A DNA stretch of 60,784 nucleotides, filler included, from Dugesia japonica (taxonomy: Eukaryota), in assembly GCA_001938525.1 (NCBI GenBank). It is 6 parts of 6 records of this genome, joined end to end, with 100 filler letters (N's around TTAATTAATTAA, not from the genome) between each part and the next. Parts side by side here need not be neighbours in the genome. Positions count along the whole stretch, not along the records: positions 45,827 to 60,784 come from MQRL01568095.1; 5 more parts are not named here. The stretch is one strand, 5' to 3'. Under the pieces are notes generated by a model. The model was given only the letters and a program-made list of their open reading frames with translations, searched no databases and was not told the origin of the DNA. Positions 52,143-60,784 of the stretch are shown here, piece after piece. Numbering within the stretch: position 1 is the stretch's first letter; every line of letters begins with the position of its first letter. A program made the position numbers and the translations under genes.

Positions 52143-53089
52143 TAGCAGTTCAAATAACAAAAATCCACTTCTAACAAAAATCCGTCCAATCCGGGTTCAA
52201 TATCTTAGAAAACCAGCAGCTTTTAATCCAAAAATTTTATTTATCAAAAAATTCCAAATTTTAAATTCTTAAAAGATTATTTATTACATAAAGCTTACAA
52301 GTTATTTATCTTACTATTTCTAAGAGAATAATTTTAAGAAACACAAAAGCATTAAGAGACTTATCCCCCATCGCCGATATAGGTTTTGTGCAAAAATTTG
52401 TAGACATCGAGAATGTTGAAGTAGGTTTCACTATGCATAGCGCGTTATAGAGCATCTCAAGATAAATGGTTCGCTTTTTGGTGTTTTTGAAAAGTAAAAA
52501 CGTATGTGGTAGATTTCCAAATCATCAGAATTAAAGAATTACATTTTACTTTTTTTACACCACATTCTACAAATCATGAAGTTTTTAATCTTTCACATAC
52601 ATATTTTTCACAATTTATGCAGATTTTATTAGTTTTATTTAAATTGCAAAATTTTGTGACTTTGATTCTCGTTTGCTGCATTACATACAGCCAGTCTTTA
52701 TTTAAACGCCGAAGCTTATTTATTGACTGTTTTATTGACCTTATTTTATTTATGTGTAAAAATTTAAATATAATACATATTTCATTTTATTTTGATAAAT
52801 ACGGTAATTTTTAGTTTTTGAAATGGGTGATCTTAAAGAAAAAAGGACAAGAAAAATCATTCCATAGAAAATTAAAATGCAGGTGAACATCTGATAAATT
52901 TTCTTATTTGCCGTTCTTTTTCACTTATCCTAGTTATTTATGTATTAATATGACTTCGTTTAACGCTATTTCGTTTAGCTCTAGAATTTATTGGAACAAT
53001 GTATCCCCTGCGTTAAGCGGGGTCTTATTGTATTAGTATTTTTTTATTGGGATGAGATTTATAAATTATCCGAGTAGAAATGTATGATT

Positions 53090-53600
53090 TATAAAATATA
53101 TTTGAGAAGAGGACCATGCTATCTTTCATCTGTCTTGCCACTGTTGGAAGTTCTTTCTTATTTTTCGAGTGGTTTCAACGAGTGTAATTCTTTTTGCTAG
53201 AAGATTTTTCGCTAATGACATGCTTTTTAAAAAATCTTCCGTGGTTATGTTTCTTCAGTGGACCGTAAATGGTTCCTCTAATTTCAAGACTAAACTCACC
53301 AAGTGAGACCAAAGATTTTCTAGTTTCATCCTTTTCGAGATGCGGAAAACCATTTATTATATTTATATTATCTGTCAGAAGCTAACCAAAATCTTATACC
53401 AAATCTGTCTGGTTTATTAGACATATACTGTGTAAATCTGCATCCAGCTTTTGTTGGAAATAGTTGTTCATCTATGAAAGATGTGGTCCGGGTTTATAAT
53501 AATTTGGATTGTTTTCAATTAATTTGTTCCAAACTTGAAAAACAACGCAAATTTATCTGATTGCAAGCATTGGCTTTACGAAATAATTCATACATGATGC
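53090..53600 (-). mobile_element. piggyBac transposase catalytic-core fragment
   Basis: DKFALFFQVWNKLIENNPNYYKPGPHIFIDEQLFPTKAGCRFTQYMSNKPDRFGIRFW; NGFPHLEK. Confidence 0.88.
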
Positions 53601-53964
53601 ATAATTTGGAAAATTTTCAATTTAATTAAAAGAATTTGTTTTATATTGTTAACCCTTTGACTGTCTTGTGCATCATATGGGGTGCAAAAATTGTATTTTG
53701 AATTTAGTCTTATTATAAACATTTCAACTATTTTGATTTGATGCTGATTGATAACGAGAAATATTACGCGAACCATATGTTATGCACAGAACATCTAACT
53801 AGTAAAAAGTTTAAATATTGCTCAGTGCATCACATTAGGTTCAGAAAATTTGAACAAAATTATTACCGTGGTGATGAAAAACAATTTGCTATGTGGACAG
53901 GCAAAAATATAAAATTATTTTTTTAAAATTATTTTATAAGTGTATTTTTAAAATTATTTGAAGT

Positions 53965-54190
53965 ATTTTATCAAAACGTTGTTTTTTCTTTCTTTTTNNN
54001 NNNNNNNNNNNNNNNNGACAATTGTTTTATTCGAGAATTTCTGAAGAAGACAATTGTCGAAAATTTGATAACTAAAAAGAACAAAGATAAAAAACAACAT
54101 TTTGATAGAAGCTTTTAATTTAGTGAAATCTTAAATGCGATCAATGGTTATTTCCAACAATTATTCTCGCAATAATTGTAATTATAAAAA
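53965..54190 (+). repeat. Hammerhead-motif-bearing repeat with head-to-head inverted partial copy
   Basis: CTGAAGA-A-GAC-AATT-GTC-GAAA at 54041-54062; 53966-54035 is an inverted copy of 54041-54110. Confidence 0.6.
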
Positions 54191-55138
54191 TATTTATAAA
54201 GTAAATAGTTATATGGAAGCCAAAGTATGGTCTGAGAACATACTTATAAATAATGTTTGTTTTATCAGTCAAATAACTGCTCCTGGTAGAGGCAAGTCGT
54301 GCAGTCAATTGTCTGTTCGAATTTTGTATGTAAAGCAAATTCAAAAAATTTTTATAACAAGTTAATTTCATTGCGTGTGGGATAATAATTTTTTTGAAAA
54401 TATAATTAGTCTTCAAAAATGGGTTTTATCCAGTACGATTTTGGTCGAATATAAATTGAGTATGCATTAAAATAATACTTTCAGATTTTGTTATTAAATT
54501 AAAATGTCTATTTTTTATATTCAGTAGAAATAAATTTTTACGTATAAGGAAATTAGTTTACAATTGTTACTTTGAATAATAATTTCAATTCAATTAAATC
54601 TCATTTAGCTATTTAAAGTTTTTAATAAATTTTAGATAATATTATAATTAACTGTACTAAAACAAATACAATCTAAAACATATATTTATTATAATTATTA
54701 TAAATTATTATTTATTATATATAAATATAAATAAAATAACGAATAAGGAGAATGTGAAAGATGTTTATGCGTGCCGTCATATGAAATTGTAATAAATAAA
54801 ACTGTTAATGACTCTGTTACGAATATGTTTCATGACATACATATATATATTTATATTATATTTATATATATATGTATTTTTGTATATTTTTATTATTAAT
54901 GAATTTTAAAATATTAACACTGGCTATTCGAATCGAAATATAAATAACTGGAAATTGTAATGTTAAATTATTTGATATTTAATATCGCGACAGCAGTCAA
55001 ACTGAATTGTTAATGTGTGCTCAATTGAATAAAAACAAACTGTTGGACAAAGCGTGTTATTTATGCAAAAAAGGTCATATTTAAGATGACAATGCACTAT
55101 GATCAGTATACATTAAAAATGAAAGCTTTATAAATATA

Positions 55139-55209
55139 TAGGTGTTCCAAAAAAAATTTCGTTTTTTTAAGTTCCTAACTTATAAAAACATTTTTTTTGG
55201 AACACCCTA
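55139..55209. mobile_element. Tiny Tc1/mariner MITE
   Basis: GGTGTTCCAAAAAAAA ... TTTTTTTTGGAACACC; terminus resembles the TIR at 521-536. Confidence 0.55.
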
Positions 55210-56878
55210 CAAATAATTTTTTTATCGAATCAATATTTGATATATATTAGAATTTTTTGATAAATTATAATTTCCGATTTTTATATTTGATTAACTAATT
55301 TCCGCCATATGTGATATTATTGGAGCTTATCAATTATTGAATTTTTATATCAATGTTTACAGGCAATATGGTTTGAAAAATTTAGAAAGTGATAATAATC
55401 AATAAATTAAAGTAATAATCTATAATATAAGAAATTTACAAATCAATTTCATAAGTGACAGTATGATATTACCTGATGGTGATGTGAAAATAAAATGTGT
55501 TAAAATAAATGATATAATGATATATATGCACACAACATACATACACTTAAAAGTTATTTGAAAACATTTATTTAAATACTATTTGTTAGATGAATCTGTA
55601 ACATCCATCTTTGAATTTAAAAGTGAACACTTTTCATTCCAAGATTTATTCAAGACAAAACAAAACACAAACTATAAATTTTTGTTTTAAAACAAGATCA
55701 ACATTTTTATTTAATTCTGACCAAGTTTTAAAACATTCAAAAACAATAAATTTTATAAAATTATTNNNNNNTAAAATTTTGTAATGAACCAAAATAATTT
55801 TAATCAAATTTTCGAGAATTATTATTTTTAAAAAAATTTCATAATTAACCAAAAATTTTTTTAAATTAATTTTCTAAAAATTTCACCTAAAACGATTTTA
55901 ATACAAATAAAATTATTAAAATGTTTTTTTAAAAATCATTCCAAAAATTATTTATTTAAAATTATTTCAAATTTTAAAATTAATTCAGCAAAAATTATTT
56001 TATTCAACTAAGTTAATAATATTTAATTTTCAAATATTGAAATTTTAAAATTCCTAACTTATTTTATGAAGCTAAGTAAATTATTTATTAAAATATTTTC
56101 GTTAAAATCTCCGGTCGAACTATAAAAAAATTTAACTGTCAAACCATACTTACACTATTTACTAAGTGACATTTGTAATTTAGTAAGTTCTTTTTAAATT
56201 AAATAAATTTTAGATGATTTCGAAACAATGCCCGATGAAAGCTTGGAAGTAACACTTCTGTGCAAATTGATAAAACCCAGATCAAAAAAATATTGTATTT
56301 TTATACTAAATATTTATGAAATTAATAGGATTTTTTCAATTGACAAAAAGATAAATTTACAAATCAATTTCATAAGTGACAGTATGATATTACCTGATGG
56401 TGATGTGTAATAATAATAAAAGAATATTTTTTTATACATTTTTCATTTTTATACATATTTTAAACATTCAAAGAAACTAAAATATAGCAACTTGTACAAA
56501 AATCCTGACAGAGTTAAGGCATTGGGTGAAATATTTTGATAAATTCAGTTCGTTCTAAGCAGTGTATGTATGTCGATGAAACATATTATTTGGAATTAAA
56601 CTGGAATGGCGAGCTACTTAAGGACAATCGGCATATTTACAAGTGTTAACACAAAGAGATCCAAATATACCAATTCAAATATTAAGAATCCTTTAAAATA
56701 ATCCTTTAAATAATTGCCGATCAAAAAATTATGTAACTTCTAAGGTCAATGTAATTTCCAGAGGCTTTTTAAATTGTTGGATTTAATCTAATATGTATTA
56801 TTTACAGTGAAATTGAATTTAATACAATTAATGCATATGTGAAAATAATTTGGTTATAAAATTTCAATTATTCATTAG

Positions 56879-59800
56879 AGAACAGTACCTAAAAATTTAT
56901 CCACAATGTTTTATACTCCTCCTAATTTAAAATCAATCAGTCAATTGCAAAGAGATAATGAATTGGAAAATCCTAAGTGGATTGTTTTTCCTCCCGTCTT
57001 ACAAAGTGCTACTCAATTACGACAAGGAAAACGGCATCTTGTTCATAATAAAAATATGGAAAATGCCATAACTATTGATGATGAATTAAAAAAGGTTTAT
57101 TTGCTATCTTTACTTACATTTTTACATATAAAATATTTAGACACTTATTGACAGAATTAGTGCCTGTTTAGTTAGTGTTAGCATGAAAAATGGTGCTAGT
57201 AAGTTTACATAATTACGTAATTTAAGNNNNNNNNNNNNNNNNNNNNNNNNNNNNNNNNNNNNNNNNNNNNNNNNNNAAAAAATCAATATCAATGAACTTT
57301 AAATAAAATAGAATTTAAAAGTTGTAGTGATTTGAAACAGATCAATTTCAACACTATCAATTTTAATATTCAATCACAACATATTAGGGTTTTATTTAAC
57401 TTACGCCGTGTTTTGAACAAATACACATTTTTACTACATCCACAATAAATAAATTAGTCAAAATATTTTCCTTCACTTTTTTATACTTAAAATCATTTTC
57501 TGGNAAAAGCCGGATTCCTTTTGCGATAAAACGACTTGTTCTTGGAACTAATACACTCAGCAATCCATTTTTGTATCTCTTTGTAATTAGGTAATTGTGT
57601 ATCTCCCAAAGCATATTGCTTTGATATGAAAGGGTAGTATTCGGAAGGGTCAAATCTTTGGAGTAGGTTGGGTAGAACTTCCCAGCCAAATTCCAACGTT
57701 TCTTTTACACACTTTGTGACATGTGGATGAGCATTGTCTTGCAGCAGAATTACTGACTATTGTAGATCGTTTTTGTTTGGTTTTCGTATTCAATTTAATT
57801 AACTATTGTTTGTATCGATTTCCTGTGATGGTTTCATTTGATGATAAAAGCTTGTAATATAACACCTTTATTCCTCCAAATTGGTTTGTTTCCGTGAATA
57901 TTACGTTTGATCTATTATGCTATTTAACTTAGTGTAACAAAATTTAGTAGATCATATTTAGAACATTCAAACGCGGTAAACGGTTAACCTGTTAATGTTA
58001 AAACTTTCGAAAAAATAATAAAAAGGAAAATAATCTTATTAGTGACGGACAAATAAAGAAGCGGATATTTGTAACTTTCAAATATTTACTATCCATCAAA
58101 CAAACAGGTGTAGAATGAGATAGAGCTTTTTCGGCTGCCGGTAAAATCATTACTAAAATCAGATCAAGTTTCAACGACGCAACATTAAATTTTATCTGCT
58201 TTTAACGAGCATACTTTTATGATAATTTAAAATGATAAAAGAAAATTGAGTTCATTAAGTTACTTTTATTTATAATTTTTAGTATATTTTACTTAAAATA
58301 ATGAACTAAATTATTTTTGTATAAAAAATCTATTTTTTTTAAAAGAAATTTCATACGAATTATTATTACAGGTATCCCTCGTATAACACGTTACTCTTAC
58401 AACATGTTTTCGATCCAACGCGATTTAAAAATTGAGGATTATCTGGCTTAACGCCGACTTTTATAATGCGGTTTCAGTACAACGCGAAATTATAACTTAC
58501 ATAACCCGAATTTAATAAACTATTTTTTCTAAGGATATAATAAAAGGAAGTATATATTTATGCTTGTTTTTTAAAAATTTTTTTTAATAAAGTTTTAATT
58601 ATAATTTTGACTTGAAATATACATGTATAATTTATTATTTTATTTAGGAAAAAATTATTTCAACATAACCTTCTACTTTATATGAAAGCTGAGTCTTACA
58701 TATTGAGGAATTTTTCTAGAACATAACCTCCTTTTTTTACGAAGGATACCTGTATTTTGTTTTCAGTAAAAAATTCCACAAAAAGTAATTGTTTTAAATT
58801 TTAGCTGTTAAAAATTAAAAAAAAATCCGGCATTTATCGATTAACCGTTTACCGGTAAATAAAATTTTCGGTAAATTTGCATGCCTTAATCATGTTTATT
58901 TGTGATTAATTTTGTTGTCACAATAAAAATGCTCAATGAAAAAAGAGGTGAAATTATCTATAACATCGTAATTAAAAAAAATAACGGTTAAGAGGTGACN
59001 NATAATTTAAAATTCTTAAAACTTCTAACATCTAACGGTAAGTGTATATTTTATTACCAAACGATTATTTCATAAATTCTAGCAAATATTCTTCATAACA
59101 TTATTTTAACGACATTTTATTGAAGAACAACATTCGAAATTGCCATACTGAAATGAAAGTGCTTTTCATATTGATTATGTAAGTACTAAAATCTCCTGTT
59201 TTCAAGGATTTCCCCAAGAAGTTAATGAAATTTTAACGGGGTTTGCTGCTACATCACATTTTAATTTATTCAGTTAATTACATTTTATTTTTATTCATTT
59301 ATCTTTATTGTCAGTAATGAAAATAAACTTGTTGATCGAGAATAATCTTACATTTTTCATTACATCACTAAAGCAATTGGTTTTATATTTTTAATCGTTG
59401 CGCTCTGCATCTCATACTAAGCTTAAAGAAATCGTTTAATCATTAGGAAATATAAATAAAATTTTATCTATTTAACTATGATTTTATTTATTTTAAAATT
59501 TTAAGAATCACTCGATACAGTTTTACAATACACGGATATAACTCCTATTGAGTTAGTTTATGAAATTCGAAATTCTAAAACATTTAATCGTCCCTCAATT
59601 TGCTATAAGGCTTTTGATACAGCAACTGATCAATTTGTGTTACTTCGTCGTTTTCCTGGCTTTATACTTCAATCAGCCAAAGATTCTCAACTAATTGAAA
59701 GATTTCGCAAAATTAAACATCCAGGATTGATTTCAATTAGTAATGTGTTCGTAACAGAAGCTTTTGATGATAATTGTAAGTTGGGAAATTAAATTCCTAA

Positions 59801-59968
59801 TGTGTTTGATTTATTATTTTTTTCATTAAGCAACTGTTTTTATTATGGAATATTGTCCATGTAGTGTTACTGCTTTACAAACACATGTTAGTGATGTAGG
59901 GAAATTAATTGGATTTGCATCTCCATTTAATATTACCCAACAAGCTCGGCCATACAGTTCATCAAAAA
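56879..59968 (+). CDS. PAN3: PAN3 poly(A) nuclease regulatory pseudokinase subunit; exons 56879-57094, 57141-57198, 59506-59775, 59831-59968; gene continues beyond
   Basis: All GT-AG and phase-compatible; IDDELKK|TLIDR...; SICYKAFDTATDQFVLLRRFPGFIL...KIKHPGLISISNVFVTEAFDDN|STVFIMEY...ARPYS parallels PAN3 CYKA..LRRIHGFRL..KKIQHSNIVTLREVFTTKAF. Confidence 0.9.
57490..57900 (-). mobile_element. mariner (Mos1-like) transposase C-terminal fragment in a PAN3 intron
   Basis: LYYKLLSSNETITGNRYKQ; LLQDNAHPH; FGWEVLP; YSKDL; EIQKWIAECISSKNKSFYRK. Confidence 0.85.
57970..58888 (+). mobile_element. hAT element remnant (dimerisation domain) in a PAN3 intron
   Basis: KYLLSIKQTGVE*DRAFSAAGKIITKIRSSFNDATLNFICF*RAYF; subterminal CGGTAAACGGTTAA / TTAACCGTTTACCG inverted motifs. 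Confidence 0.75.
58369..58752. mobile_element. pogo/Tigger-like MITE nested in the hAT remnant
   Basis: TA|CAGGTATCCCTCGT ... ACGAAGGATACCTG|TA. Confidence 0.85.
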
Positions 59969-60784
59969 GTAAGTTTTATTTAAACTGACAAAATCTAATC
60001 ACTGCAGTTTTATGACATTTTTTATTTTTATTAAAATCGTAAAATTCATACGTTTAAATTTTCTAAAAATTCGTCTGTGTGTGCTGCATATTTGCTGCTA
60101 TAGTGTCTNNNNNNNNNNNNNNNNNNNNNNNNNNNNNNNNNNNNNNNNNNNNNNNNNNNNNNNNNNNNNNNNNNNNNNNNNNNCAGCCTGACTCATACGC
60201 GAGAGAAAAATGATGCACACATGCGACATAAACAGTTAATTGGTTAAATATTGTCAATTACATATTGTTGTAAATAGAATTTAGTGGTCTATTGAATATA
60301 AAATTTATAATACACGCCAGAGTTTCTTAAATTGTTCTCTATCTCAACTCCAATGTTAACTGATAAAACTTAAGTGACCCCTTGATGTTAAATTTTTCAC
60401 GTGTAAAGAATTGATGTGTGAATATTTGAGTTAAATGTTTAAAATATGATTGTAATTTTTTTATTTTAATAAATAAAGAACATTAATTTATTAATACAAT
60501 ACAAAACTGATGAACTTTAAAATGTCCTCAGTGATATCTTTTAATCAAAAAACCTGACATTTGAAAGCGGGCTACTGAAGTTAGCTGTGCATTTAAGTTA
60601 TTAATTAATGATCGAATGATAAAATACATTAAAGGTTGTACAGACAACATTTACATTACTTTTTGCTACAAATTTATCAAGGTTTGCAGCCAATTTTCGT
60701 CATTTAATTCTGTTTGGAGTGCAAAGGATTCTTTTAACTTTTCACTTCTTAATCCAATGTATGTATTGAAAAATTATAGATTCA

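Noticed and set aside
58990-59270. Additional PAN3 exons around GT-AG mini-intron-like sites
   Set aside because: Frames contain stops, and PAN3 is already phase-complete via 57141-57198 to 59506

Overview
Very AT-rich eukaryotic (invertebrate animal, possibly a flatworm; inference) draft sequence. It is made of six scaffold pieces joined by five artificial 100-bp spacers (N44-TTAATTAATTAA-N44), so adjacency across spacers is unproven. Host genes: a ~2-kb Ser-rich disordered exon with seven [RK]-Q-x-S-x-[DE] motifs (-), the last exon of a GPI-anchored alkaline phosphatase (+), the last exon of an EAG (KCNH1/5-type) K+ channel (-), and 4-5 exons of PAN3 (+). Most of the rest is decayed mobile DNA: rosa/maT-type and mariner Tc1 elements, several Gypsy pieces, Penelope, non-LTR RT, piggyBac, MULE, hAT, Zator-like and Merlin-like fragments, MITEs, and Polinton/adintovirus pPolB and major capsid relics. 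The most unusual items are: (1) a circularly permuted tRNA-Val(TAC) unit; (2) a recurring large hairpin/foldback-rich repeat family associated with decayed genes that have host-sized 45-46 nt introns, one resembling a viral OB-fold SSB, lying next to a Polinton capsid gene; (3) a short dispersed repeat carrying a minimal hammerhead-ribozyme motif; (4) a duplicated host exon fragment split by a MULE; (5) the CaMKII-type motif array. All family assignments come from manual translation and remembered motifs, not database searches.
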